64,000 nucleotides of DNA from Botryllus schlosseri (GCA_051294905.1 CM119372.1:20834001-20898000), one strand, 5' to 3'. Counted from the first letter of the stretch, positions 11,812 to 26,800 are shown. A program made the numbers and translations. The notes: generated from the sequence alone by a model not told the origin.

Positions 11812-14800
11812 ATGGCGGCCACCGAGGAAAGGGAGACATGGAAAAGAAAAATTGATTTCGCAGTTTCAATCGGTGGTGGCTTCGTCGGTTTGGGAAACGT
11901 CTGGAGATTCCCATACCTGTGCTTCAAGAATGGTGGAGGTGATACGTTTCTCTAGCCGTGGGTCGAAACGTAATTACCAAAATATTGAAATTCTTAGGAG
12001 CATTTCTTATTCCTTATATTCTTTTCGTGGCTTTGGGTGCACTTCCGGTTTTCTTTCTCGAAATCGCCCTCGGCCAATACGCAAGGCTAGGAGGTGGAAT
12101 GGCCTGGAAGATAGCACCTGTACTGAAAGGTAGGCCTTCGTAATTGTACAAATGTACATGTACGCGGATGTGCGATATTTATGGAACGCGTATTGAGTCT
12201 TCCATTCGTTGTCCAGCCAGAACAGATAGAGAGAGCCAACGTGCTATGCCCCGGGGAAACTAATCACTTTACCACAATTCGTACAATGGACCTCGAAAAC
12301 TAATGCAGATGTATCGGATTACATGTATTTCTAATTGGATTATTCGATTGCAATAATCGACTGGTGAATAGTGCAGAGGCGCCCGAAGTGAGGCCCACCT
12401 GGCAATTTATAACGGTCCGTGACTGGCCTCTTAAATTGACCCTTAACCAAAACCCCATCAGTAAAACTTTTCACCCATTTTTCAAATTGAAATGTTTAGC
12501 TAGTAATCAACCCACACCCATCACCGCGCACATGATGAGCAACAGATTTATTCCCTTCCGTTAAAATGTTATAGGAATGGTGCTTGATGCCCTTCCGGTC
12601 GAAAAATGTGATATCGGGGAATTCGATATCTATGACGTAATAACTCGTCCCCGATAAGACGAGATATTTCGTAGTTTTGCGTGTTTGGCTGAACCAGAAA
12701 TTACAATTTGTGGCCTCGGCAAGGCTGGTGTTTTTCCACTCTATTTGAGGGAATATTCTTGGGTAGGTCCATTGTAAAAGGTCAAAATATATTGGCTCCT
12801 GCGCCATGTCATAAAACCAATGTCCGGTATGACCAATGACCATATGTCACCAATTTGCAATTGTCACACTTCAGCCGCTACTGAAAACGTAGCCAAAGCA
12901 TTTCAAATAATTATGTCATCAATAGTACTACCGTGCCGCAATCCAAATCCCGATAGAATAGAATACAGAATACAATGGTAACACTACCGGCATGTCGAGT
13001 GAACCCTGCTTATATTGAAGTGTGCTATTTCATAAGAAGGCATGATTAACAAATGACTTCGGCACGTGTTTAAAAGATGGGCTTAGGCATGGGCGGCATT
13101 AGCGAGACTCTAATGAATACATTTACGTGACCAAACTATACCTCATTCGCCACTGGATTCGTGCTGTCCTGTAACCGCCACTTATTATTATTTTTTGATC
13201 CTTGATTGTTTTTACTCGTGGTGCTGAAATGTTATTTCTTACAATGCTGTTGCTATGTAGGCTATATGCCATTTTTGAACCACATGCATTCTTTGCACAC
13301 CATCATTCGCCGTGTTGCAATTCGTCGGATTACCGTTACACTTTTTTTCTTTCTAGGTATTGGGATATCTTCAGTCCTGATCAATTACTATTTCAACCTC
13401 TACTACGGCGTGATTCTTGCATGGGCTTTGCGGTATTTCTTTGCGTCAATGTCGCGGGAATTGCCCTGGTCGACATGCGGTAATTCGTGGAATAGCGAGT
13501 CTTGCTTCGTCTATGGAAAATCTCACAATATCACACACCAGATCGAAGTGAATACCACAGAATTGAAAATATCTTCCGTCGTTGAATTCTGGGAGTAAGT
13601 AGTTGGTAGCCGCCTATGCAAGTAGTATAGTAGATCGGTCGCATGCGGCCATTGGTTCTTATGGACGGGGTGGCGAGCTAACGAGAAACCGGGGGTGGCG
13701 AACTAACGTTTTCGTCTTATGGCGGGGGTGGCGAACTAACGTTTTCGTCTTATGGCGGGGGTGGCGAGCTAACGTTTTCGTCTTATGGGCGGGGAGGCGA
13801 GCTAACGAGAAACCGGGGGTGGCGAGCGGCTTTTATGTCTTATGGCGGGGGTGGCGAGCGGCTATTGTGTCTTGTGGTCGCACGGTAACCCTTTTCAGCA
13901 TAGACAGCGGTCGCACGCGGCTTCGTTGTTGGCATGTCGTACTTCGTGTTGAATATGTATCAAGTAAATAGTCATGTGAATGAACCTTTGTTAATGTGTA
14001 TATCGTCGTGTATTATTACACGGTCTCTACTGATTCACCATGTGTTCTTATGGGTGCGGTCGTGATTCGCACTTTCAGGCATCTCTCGCGTGGTGTTCAA
14101 TATCTACGAGTCACCAACAATAACCGCACAAACGGAAACGTGGCTTGTTGTGAGGATTAAGCAGTGCGACCTATATTTCGAATGACCTGCGCGCTGAATT
14201 GTTTCACGGCCAACCGCGTGCTACTATCGATTATTACACTATTCCATTCAGTGCGAAATAGTTTGCTAAATCTAGGAGTCACTTCCGAGGTAATATTTTG
14301 GTAATTAGTTTACCACAGAGTCGGCGTAGACGGCGATTCGAATATCAACAATAACCGCGTTCACAAACTAACACTTCAAAAATGTGTGAAATAGTTTACA
14401 AAACCCCGCGATCGCTGACAAGATAATGTCTCGGACATAACCATCTTTCGCGACTTGGTGTTACAGGCATATCGATCGCTCACGCGGAGAAATATTCGTA
14501 GGCATCACTCGCAGAATTATATTTTGGTAATTATTTTGTCACAGAACCGGCGTAGACGGTGATTCCAACACCAACAATAACCATGCACACAAACTAACAC
14601 TTCAAAAAGCGTGTGAAATATTTGTAAAATGCTACGATCACTCACAAGATAATGTCCCAGACATAACCATCATTCGTGACTTGATGTTACATACATACCA
14701 ATCGCTCACAAGGTAATATTTTGATAGTTTGGTACGGAACTTGATTTCACTCGTAAGATTTATTAAGTAACGAATAACAGACCACCAGTGTCGGTAACTT

Positions 14801-17800
14801 GAATAGCGACAAATTGTCACTTATTTCCGCTCTGACCCTAATCCTTTGTGAAGTGAACGCTTATTCAAAAGGGTGTGATATAATTTTAAAATCCAACGAC
14901 CACTCACCGGATAATGCTTCAGACATAGCAATCCCTCATACCCGCTCACAAGGTAATATTTCGGTAATTAGTTTGTCACAGAACCGTCGCAGGCGGTGAT
15001 TCGAAAACCAACAATTTGTCACTCGCCCGCGATCGCTATATGTTTCACGCCTCCAGAATAGTGGCTGACTTTAGTTGCGTGATAAGATCCATGAAAATAT
15101 TCAATCAATGTGTTAGTTTATCAACTTGAAATGAAACTCACTACACAAATCAAGTCGATTCGTATCTGAATGTTCTAAATCGGTACAACTCTAATCCTTT
15201 GACAAATCCCTTAACGCGTTTTTTGTTGACGCGAACGTAACCCGAATATTACTGACGCCGACTTTCAGCCGCATCGAATTATTCGCACATTCGCCGCTGT
15301 TTTCACACTTATAGAATCAATACCAACTATAACTCTACAAGAATCAAGAATCACAAGTATGTGCATTACACAGTTATTGTCTTTATTAACTTGAAATCAA
15401 ACACTTAACAAAAACACGCAACTAATCATTTGGCAACTCTAGCATTACCAAAAAATTCCAGTATTGTTGATTGAAAATCCTTGAGTCATTATTATCAAAA
15501 ATGTTATAGTACCGCATCGGAATCCATTCGCGGGATGTACTAAAGGTAAATCCAGATAATCCAAAATGAAATATTTGGACTTTGACATAGTCTGAATTGA
15601 AATATATTGACAAACATGACTACCAACTTTGATCCAGTCACATTTCAAGATCATACTTTGAAACAATCCTTGAAACTTACAACTCTATTCACGACTGAGT
15701 TTTCCGTTTATCAGTTTCAGTAAATACTATCGCGATATTTTAATGTGTTACTACACACAATAGAATCAATCAATGAAATAACACCTGTTGTAAATATTTC
15801 TAACTTGACAACCACTTGTGCATACCGCGATCGACTTGTGACGCGATGAGTTAAATCGGAATATTTCAATCTATTTGTCGAAACCTTGAACAAACTATCA
15901 GGTTATTTTTTGTTGCAATCGAGTGAACGGAAATAGTATTACGTCTCAACATTTCAACATCTTCCCATACACAAAAGAGTAAAACACAAAAAACCTTGTC
16001 AAGTCAATCCGTTTGTAACTTACCCAACCAAAACAAAAAGTAGACAAGACTACGCAAGTAATCACTACAACCAACAAACATATCAAGTTCGGTTTTAGGC
16101 ATATACCACCAACTCGTCTTATTGGAATGTCAGAAACTCTTTACGGTCATAGTTACAACCACATAAACTAATTTACCCTTCCCACACGTCATGATCATTC
16201 CTGAAATCAATACAAACTCGACCACTGACTTGAGTTAACCACAAAACGGCATCAAGTTTTTAATCCACTTGTAGCTGACAGATTATTCGAATACATCGAT
16301 GGAGAATATTATTGAACTCGTCGGTATTGTTACTTCAACAAATTACACCGACTGCGAAAGTTAATATCGAATGGTAAGACTTGATCACATATTTGTTGAA
16401 CACAGACATGACAAAGAACATGATCGGGATTTTATAAACTAGTCATATTACTTTTCACATCTATCAATATCAGAATACAAGTCATCAAACTTTTTGTTAA
16501 ATGTAACATAGCACTCTTGGAATCGGATTCGTTATAGTCGTACAAATTGTATTAAACCCAACATCAAAACAAAAGGACTTTTTTAGTTCATTGAAATCAA
16601 ATCATTCGTCTTCGACTTGTGCTTTTTTAGATTGCCCGCGACAATTCGTTTCGAGTGAGTTGTAACCAAAGTCAAGATATCTTTGTGTCCACAGATATGG
16701 AAGATGAATATAGCTAACACAATCACGAATCGACGTTTCAGAGTATTTCACAGATGTAATAAACTTGTTAGTGTCACCTATCTAAAAGTACGCACGCGTT
16801 CGATTTCCATACCGACTGTTGGGATGTTTAGGATTCACTTACAATAACCACGGGTGAGGATTTAACATCAACGTCGTTACTGGTGGTATTCACAACAGAG
16901 AATCGAAACATTACACAGTGTGAAAATATATCTTTGATATCAAAGCATTATCCCAAGCACACGATTAATAGTCAACTCCGTTCACACTTTCTATAGAACG
17001 TGCTAAATGTAAAATATCACGAGGTTGCACTCTAAGACTTTGATCATTACAAAAGTAAATTGGAATATGTTTGCTGGATGCATTCAATTCAGCTAGAAAT
17101 GTCTAGTGCACAACAATCGTAATATCAAGGAAGTACTTGCTATCACTAAACGTGTTTTGTATCGTTGTTCATTTGTAGCATTGATTGAAATTGTTTTTGA
17201 ACACTCAAATAATAATTCCCGACATGAAACCAAGCCGCTGAAAGTCGTTACCATAACAAAGAAACAATTTGTACGATGTTTGGCAAATGTACCCTATAGT
17301 TAGGTGTACTAGAATTATTTGTGTAACACATACACCGACAATGCAATCGAAATTTTTTCCGTTGTCATTCGCTAAAGTAAATGTCATCACAATACTCTGT
17401 CACTAAAAGACGTTACTCGGACGTGCTTGAATTCTAGGCATAGTTCTGATTTACCCAACACAAGACCCAAGGACAACCCTAGTTTCAGTCGAACACAGAT
17501 ATCCAAAATATCGCACACTTCGCTATTCCTAAAGCGCAAACACCCGATACAAAATATTACTTGTTGTGTTGTTGCGGCATCATCTTCACAATATCACCCT
17601 CAATACAAATGATGTTTATGTGTGACATGCTATTGATTTGAATCACACCCACCTGACGGAAGAGGATTTACTCAATCTTTACAAAATGGATATTGACCAA
17701 CATCACATCGCCGGATTGTATCTGTTTTGCTGGATACGAGTTATGTTAGTTTAACAGTAAACAAATTTCACCCTCTTGGATTATGAACTCAATGCGTTAG

Positions 17801-20800
17801 CAGTCATTCAATATTTTGTTTGTGTCAACTAGTTACTTGGTATGTTACTCCACAACTCTTACAAAAGTACGAAGGATATTAACATCACACTAAGTAATTA
17901 ACTTTACTCGATATTCTCGCATTACGAAACTAAAGAATGGTTGGTTAGACTCTACAAACTGTTTCGATATCACAAGACCTTTATTGTCTGAATGGGTGTT
18001 CATCTATCTTAATAATCAAATAGTTCAACACAGAACTAGTACTAACAGAAACATCAGAGTTGTTTACACAAAAGTTTGTATGTGTACAGTATGCGAATAC
18101 CATGTGTAAGTCCAGCACAATTGCGGTATCCATCCGAGTTTAGTTAACACAAATTTATTACAACGGACCCACGTAAACTTTCGTGAAAGAAAAGCATACT
18201 CACTTCCGGATGGTTCTATCAATGCCATAACAATAAATCAGCTACTCCAACAAAAGAGTACATATGTTTTCTAGTCGCGGTCCCTAAATCATACACACGA
18301 AACAATCTACTTTTGCTAACGAAAAGTGCTGAGTCATCACATAATCACCCTCACAACAAAACAGCTAGTAGATATTATCATTCAAAATATTCCTAACCCT
18401 TTACACACCAGTGACAAATCATACAACGAATATGTTTTGTGGGTCGAATTGTTGTTCAGTGTCAAGTCTGCCTGTTGAAACTTACATTAAAACAACACAG
18501 TCACAATTCAATTAAAACCACGAATCTATTTTCATTTCGTCACATACAGAAAAATAAATTTTCTTTCCCCAACACATACTTGTAACCAATCGCTTTCAAT
18601 AAACACACAACTTCATAAAAGTATTTACTTTCTACAACATAGACATTCCGATGTAGTCAAGAAATATTTTTATTAATCAAAATCTTCGACTTCTGTTTAC
18701 GGTGTTAGTGTGTGCATGTCATACACGTGGGGCCCGTATTAAAATGGACACGACACAACTGAATGTAAGGAGATAGAAGTCTATCGCATAGATTTACATG
18801 TGGTCTTCGCTACGGTTTCAAAAAAACGAATCATCTCTTTTGCATTGATCTAGACCGAGCAAGTTAGTTAATGACCATGATTGTGTTTGTCATATGCGAA
18901 TGATAGGGTTACTGTCAAATCTACATACAACAACCTTCTGGCACTCGTAATAGCTATTTCATTCTCTCCCTTCGTAGTCATATACCCCCAACTCGGCTTT
19001 TTTGTTCATCGACAGCTGCGTTTAACAAGACCAACGACACTGAACCCACGACGTTTACCTATGTAAAATTACCACTTTCACTTGGCAGTCCGTCGTTTAC
19101 CTGGCTAAACATATCATTTTCACTTGGAAATCTATTTTTTTCCAGAGTAAGAAACCTTTTTCACTTGGAAATCTATTTTTTCCCTGGGTAACAAACCTTT
19201 TTCACGTGGAAAGATATTTTTTCCCCGGGTAACAAACCTTTTTCGCTTGGAAATATATTTTTCCCTGGGTTAAAAACCTTTTTCACTTGGTGGTCCGTCG
19301 TTTACCTGAGTAAAAATATCATTTTCCTTTGGGGATCTGGCGTTTACCCAGTGTAACAATACATTTTCTCTTGGTCATCTAGCTTTTCCTAGAGTAACAA
19401 AACCATTTTCATTTTGAAATCTGACAAACTCACCTGACAATTTGATATTTTTGTATATTGTTACAACGGATAGCGACAAAATATACACCAACAACAACAA
19501 CTCCAATACATTTGTGTAATCGCATATTCACTTGTGCTGATGCAACCCATCAAAATCATCGGTTACCCACATGCAATGTGCTGTTGTACATCGACGTTTA
19601 TGTTTTTGAAAAATTGGACAATAGGCTTCGATAGTTCTGTGATGTCCGGGCTCGTGCTTTGGATTTTCCAGAGTCAAAATGTCTGAATAAAACACCTCCT
19701 TGACGATGGTTGGTATGTGGATAACGGTGTTCGGAAAACGGTTGGATTTATGTCACCCATCGCGATAACAATTCCAGGTCGAGTTTTCCCCCGCGTGTTT
19801 ACTATATTGTGTCTTTATTGGTCAATGTATGTCTCGAGATTCAGTTTGAAATCGGAAACCCTGATAAAGTATGTAACCGGATCCGGATATCAACTCTGAA
19901 TCGATAAACCAATGAACAATATTCAAAGTAAACATGTTACACCCTGTGTTTCCACGAAAAAATACCATCCAGACATACGTCGCGCTTGTTTCCCCACATC
20001 AGTATACGCGTAAATGGAGGTGTGTGACATTGCATGCAATGTGTTGGCATACAAACATCGGGGAGTAATCCTTCGATCCACAGACATTATCATAGCCGGT
20101 AGTTTTGATGTAGATCGAATGTCATCACACCCGATAACAATACCAATAAGCCACATTGCAATGACTCTGAGTCAATCTGAAACATGACATACAGACACAC
20201 AAACATGGAACCCTAACATGGGTTATTCGCACGACGGTGAAAGTGAACTATACAGCATATACCAATAGAGCGTTCACAGACATTCACCGTGCACAATCAT
20301 ATACCCAGATTTTTGTTGGATATGTACGAAACCGATAAATCGATACATTTCTTTTCCTTCAACGTCAATAATACAAAGGTCATTCCAATTCATCGCTCGA
20401 ATGTGAGGTTCGTCGGGTGTAAAATCCATGTCAAATAACACCAAAGTGTGCCTTCCGTGTTTTATTATTTCCACCGTCGCATCTTGTCTGTGTCGTAACA
20501 CTATGGTGCAGGGACTTGAAAAACGGTACTTTGTAAAACGGATTGACATGTTCTTCGGTATGACCAACTGAATAGCCTTGTGGTGATGACAGTTTCAAAA
20601 TGCTCCGATATGACGAGACCAACCCCGATCTCGCGTGGTGACGACCGTTTTTTTTTTGTAATGTTACCGGACGAACTGGACAAACCCTTACGATGGTGTG
20701 TTTTATGATTGTGTGTGAAATCACGAGGTAGTGTGGTATACGATTGTAGTCTTCATTCCACAGAAACACACCTTATTGGATCACAGTATCAGTCCGAGAT

Positions 20801-23800
20801 TTGCAGAATCACTGTTCACGATATTTATCTGGAGTCGGTATGTGCGAGTAGCGACATCCATTCATCGTGACTGAAAGACTGATCGCAATCATTTCGAGCA
20901 CCGTACTTCGATAGTTCACCTAGATCAAACGCTGTAGTCTCAGCAGAAAACTTCGGTATCGACAACACGGTGGATATCGACCGATGTATCCAATTGGTCT
21001 GGGTGATCTGTCTGGAAATAGGGTCATGACTATCTTGTAATGTTACAACGCGATAAAACCATCGAGTAAATCAGTGAACGGTGTGGAAATATCGATGTAA
21101 TAGCGCGGACTCAGAGTCATTGCAATGTGGCTTATTGGTATTGTTATCGGGTGTGATGACATTCGATCTACATCAAAACTACCGGCTATGATAATGTCTG
21201 TGGATCGAAGGATTACTCCCCGATGTTTGTATACCAACACATTGCATGCAATGTCACACACCTCCATTTACGCGTATACTGATGTGGGGAAACAAGCGCG
21301 ACGTATGTCTGGATGGTATTTTTTCGTGGAAACACAGGGTGTAACATGTTTACTTTGAATATTGTTCATTGGTTTATCGATTCAGAGTTGATATCCGGAT
21401 CCGGTTACATACTTTATCAGGGTTTCCGATTTCAAACTGAATCTCGAGACATACATTGACCAATAAAGACACAATATAGTAAACACGCGGGGGAAAACTC
21501 GACCTGGAATTGTTATCGCGATGGGTGACATAAATCCAACCGTTTTCCGAACACCGTTATCCACATACCAACCATCGTCAAGGAGGTGTTTTATTCAGAC
21601 ATTTTGACTCTGGAAAATCCAAAGCACGAGCCCGGACATCACAGAACTATCGAAGCCTATTGTCCAATTTTTCAAAAACATAAACGTCGATGTACAACAG
21701 CACATTGCATGTGGGTAACCGATGATTTTGATGGGTTGCATCAGCACAAGTGAATATGCGATTACACAAATGTATTGGAGTTGTTGTTGTTGGTGTATAT
21801 TTTGTCGCTATCCGTTGTAACAATATACAAAAATATCAAATTGTCAGGTGAGTTTGTCAGATTTCAAAATGAAAATGGTTTTGTTACTCTAGGAAAAGCT
21901 AGATGACCAAGAGAAAATGTATTGTTACACTGGGTAAACGCCAGATCCCCAAAGGAAAATGATATTTTTACTCAGGTAAACGACGGACCACCAAGTGAAA
22001 AAGGTTTTTAACCCAGGGAAAAATATATTTCCAAGCGAAAAAGGTTTGTTACCCGGGGAAAAAATATCTTTCCACGTGAAAAAGGTTTGTTACCCAGGGA
22101 AAAAATAGATTTCCAAGTGAAAAAGGTTTCTTACTCTGGAAAAAAATAGATTTCCAAGTGAAAATGATATGTTTAGCCAGGTAAACGACGGACTGCCAAG
22201 TGAAAGTGGTAATTTTACATAGGTAAACGTCGTGGGTTCAGTGTCGTTGGTCTTGTTAAACGCAGCTGTCGATGAACAAAAAAGCCGAGTTGGGGGTATA
22301 TGACTACGAAGGGAGAGAATGAAATAGCTATTACGAGTGCCAGAAGGTTGTTGTATGTAGATTTGACAGTAACCCTATCATTCGCATATGACAAACACAA
22401 TCATGGTCATTAACTAACTTGCTCGGTCTAGATCAATGCAAAAGAGATGATTCGTTTTTTTGAAACCGTAGCGAAGACCACATGTAAATCTATGCGATAG
22501 ACTTCTATCTCCTTACATTCAGTTGTGTCGTGTCCATTTTAATACGGGCCCCACGTGTATGACATGCACACACTAACACCGTAAACAGAAGTCGAAGATT
22601 TTGATTAATAAAAATATTTCTTGACTACATCGGAATGTCTATGTTGTAGAAAGTAAATACTTTTATGAAGTTGTGTGTTTATTGAAAGCGATTGGTTACA
22701 AGTATGTGTTGGGGAAAGAAAATTTATTTTTCTGTATGTGACGAAATGAAAATAGATTCGTGGTTTTAATTGAATTGTGACTGTGTTGTTTTAATGTAAG
22801 TTTCAACAGGCAGACTTGACACTGAACAACAATTCGACCCACAAAACATATTCGTTGTATGATTTGTCACTGGTGTGTAAAGGGTTAGGAATATTTTGAA
22901 TGATAATATCTACTAGCTGTTTTGTTGTGAGGGTGATTATGTGATGACTCAGCACTTTTCGTTAGCAAAAGTAGATTGTTTCGTGTGTATGATTTAGGGA
23001 CCGCGACTAGAAAACATATGTACTCTTTTGTTGGAGTAGCTGATTTATTGTTATGGCATTGATAGAACCATCCGGAAGTGAGTATGCTTTTCTTTCACGA
23101 AAGTTTACGTGGGTCCGTTGTAATAAATTTGTGTTAACTAAACTCGGATGGATACCGCAATTGTGCTGGACTTACACATGGTATTCGCATACTGTACACA
23201 TAAAAACTTTTGTGTAAACAACTCTGATGTTTCTGTTAGTACTAGTTCTGTGTTGAACTATTTGATTATTAAGATAGATGAACACCCATTCAGACAATAA
23301 AGGTCTTGTGATATCGAAATAGTTTGTAGAGTCTAACCAACCATTCTTTAGTTTCGTAATGCGAGAATATCGAGTAAAGTTAATTACTTAGTGTGATGTT
23401 AATATCCTTCGTACTTTTGTAAGAGTTGTGGAGTAACATACCAAGTAACTAGTTGACACAAACAAAATATTGAATGACTGCTAACGCATTGAGTTCATAA
23501 TCCAAGAGGGTGAAATTTGTTTACTGTTAAACTAACATAACTCGTATCCAGCAAAACAGATACAATCCGGCGATGTGATGTTGGTCAATATCCATTTTGT
23601 AAAGATTGAGTAAATCCTCTTCCGTCAGGTGGGTGTGATTCAAATCAATAGCATGTCACACATAAACATCATTTGTATTGAGGGTGATATTGTGAAGATG
23701 ATGCCGCAACAACACAACAAGTAATATTTTGTATCGGGTGTTTGCGCTTTAGGAATAGCGAAGTGTGCGATATTTTGGATATCTGTGTTCGACTGAAACT

Positions 23801-26800
23801 AGGGTTGTCCTTGGGTCTTGTGTTGGGTAAATCAGAACTATGCCTAGAATTCAAGCACGTCCGAGTAACGTCTTTTAGTGACAGAGTATTGTGATGACAT
23901 TTACTTTAGCGAATGACAACGGAAAAAATTTCGATTGCATTGTCGGTGTATGTGTTACACAAATAATTCTAGTACACCTAACTATAGGGTACATTTGCCA
24001 AACATCGTACAAATTGTTTCTTTGTTATGGTAACGACTTTCAGCGGCTTGGTTTCATGTCGGGAATTATTATTTGAGTGTTCAAAAACAATTTCAATCAA
24101 TGCTACAAATGAACAACGATACAAAACACGTTTAGTGATAGCAAGTACTTCCTTGATATTACGATTGTTGTGCACTAGACATTTCTAGCTGAATTGAATG
24201 CATCCAGCAAACATATTCCAATTTACTTTTGTAATGATCAAAGTCTTAGAGTGCAACCTCGTGATATTTTACATTTAGCACGTTCTATAGAAAGTGTGAA
24301 CGGAGTTGACTATTAATCGTGTGCTTGGGATAATGCTTTGATATCAAAGATATATTTTCACACTGTGTAATGTTTCGATTCTCTGTTGTGAATACCACCA
24401 GTAACGACGTTGATGTTAAATCCTCACCCGTGGTTATTGTAAGTGAATCCTAAACATCCCAACAGTCGGTATGGAAATCGAACGCGTGCGTACTTTTAGA
24501 TAGGTGACACTAACAAGTTTATTACATCTGTGAAATACTCTGAAACGTCGATTCGTGATTGTGTTAGCTATATTCATCTTCCATATCTGTGGACACAAAG
24601 ATATCTTGACTTTGGTTACAACTCACTCGAAACGAATTGTCGCGGGCAATCTAAAAAAGCACAAGTCGAAGACGAATGATTTGATTTCAATGAACTAAAA
24701 AAGTCCTTTTGTTTTGATGTTGGGTTTAATACAATTTGTACGACTATAACGAATCCGATTCCAAGAGTGCTATGTTACATTTAACAAAAAGTTTGATGAC
24801 TTGTATTCTGATATTGATAGATGTGAAAAGTAATATGACTAGTTTATAAAATCCCGATCATGTTCTTTGTCATGTCTGTGTTCAACAAATATGTGATCAA
24901 GTCTTACCATTCGATATTAACTTTCGCAGTCGGTGTAATTTGTTGAAGTAACAATACCGACGAGTTCAATAATATTCTCCATCGATGTATTCGAATAATC
25001 TGTCAGCTACAAGTGGATTAAAAACTTGATGCCGTTTTGTGGTTAACTCAAGTCAGTGGTCGAGTTTGTATTGATTTCAGGAATGATCATGACGTGTGGG
25101 AAGGGTAAATTAGTTTATGTGGTTGTAACTATGACCGTAAAGAGTTTCTGACATTCCAATAAGACGAGTTGGTGGTATATGCCTAAAACCGAACTTGATA
25201 TGTTTGTTGGTTGTAGTGATTACTTGCGTAGTCTTGTCTACTTTTTGTTTTGGTTGGGTAAGTTACAAACGGATTGACTTGACAAGGTTTTTTGTGTTTT
25301 ACTCTTTTGTGTATGGGAAGATGTTGAAATGTTGAGACGTAATACTATTTCCGTTCACTCGATTGCAACAAAAAATAACCTGATAGTTTGTTCAAGGTTT
25401 CGACAAATAGATTGAAATATTCCGATTTAACTCATCGCGTCACAAGTCGATCGCGGTATGCACAAGTGGTTGTCAAGTTAGAAATATTTACAACAGGTGT
25501 TATTTCATTGATTGATTCTATTGTGTGTAGTAACACATTAAAATATCGCGATAGTATTTACTGAAACTGATAAACGGAAAACTCAGTCGTGAATAGAGTT
25601 GTAAGTTTCAAGGATTGTTTCAAAGTATGATCTTGAAATGTGACTGGATCAAAGTTGGTAGTCATGTTTGTCAATATATTTCAATTCAGACTATGTCAAA
25701 GTCCAAATATTTCATTTTGGATTATCTGGATTTACCTTTAGTACATCCCGCGAATGGATTCCGATGCGGTACTATAACATTTTTGATAATAATGACTCAA
25801 GGATTTTCAATCAACAATACTGGAATTTTTTGGTAATGCTAGAGTTGCCAAATGATTAGTTGCGTGTTTTTGTTAAGTGTTTGATTTCAAGTTAATAAAG
25901 ACAATAACTGTGTAATGCACATACTTGTGATTCTTGATTCTTGTAGAGTTATAGTTGGTATTGATTCTATAAGTGTGAAAACAGCGGCGAATGTGCGAAT
26001 AATTCGATGCGGCTGAAAGTCGGCGTCAGTAATATTCGGGTTACGTTCGCGTCAACAAAAAACGCGTTAAGGGATTTGTCAAAGGATTAGAGTTGTACCG
26101 ATTTAGAACATTCAGATACGAATCGACTTGATTTGTGTAGTGAGTTTCATTTCAAGTTGATAAACTAACACATTGATTGAATATTTTCATGGATCTTATC
26201 ACGCAACTAAAGTCAGCCACTATTCTGGAGGCGTGAAACATATAGCGATCGCGGGCGAGTGACAAATTGTTGGTTTTCGAATCACCGCCTGCGACGGTTC
26301 TGTGACAAACTAATTACCGAAATATTACCTTGTGAGCGGGTATGAGGGATTGCTATGTCTGAAGCATTATCCGGTGAGTGGTCGTTGGATTTTAAAATTA
26401 TATCACACCCTTTTGAATAAGCGTTCACTTCACAAAGGATTAGGGTCAGAGCGGAAATAAGTGACAATTTGTCGCTATTCAAGTTACCGACACTGGTGGT
26501 CTGTTATTCGTTACTTAATAAATCTTACGAGTGAAATCAAGTTCCGTACCAAACTATCAAAATATTACCTTGTGAGCGATTGGTATGTATGTAACATCAA
26601 GTCACGAATGATGGTTATGTCTGGGACATTATCTTGTGAGTGATCGTAGCATTTTACAAATATTTCACACCCTTTTTGAAGTGTTAGTTTGTGTGCATGG
26701 TTATTGTTGGTGTTGGAATCACCGTCTACGCCGGTTCTGTGACAAAATAATTACCAAAATATAATTCTGCGAGTGACGCCTACGAATATTTCTCCGCGTG

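Noticed and set aside
13658..13860. CRISPR-like appearance of the 33-bp and ~42-bp arrays
   Set aside because: Tandem units without unique spacers, no cas genes, eukaryotic context.
13603..13971. 122-aa ORF with [11 protein letters not shown] repeats (mirror 27310-27675)
   Set aside because: It is the translation of the 33-bp subterminal tandem repeat and starts outside the element across the TSD; not a gene.
24005..24050. [12 protein letters not shown] resembles family-B polymerase motif B (KxxxNSxYGKF)
   Set aside because: The invariant N/S residues are missing and I found no convincing motif A or YxDTDS; too weak to call pPolB.
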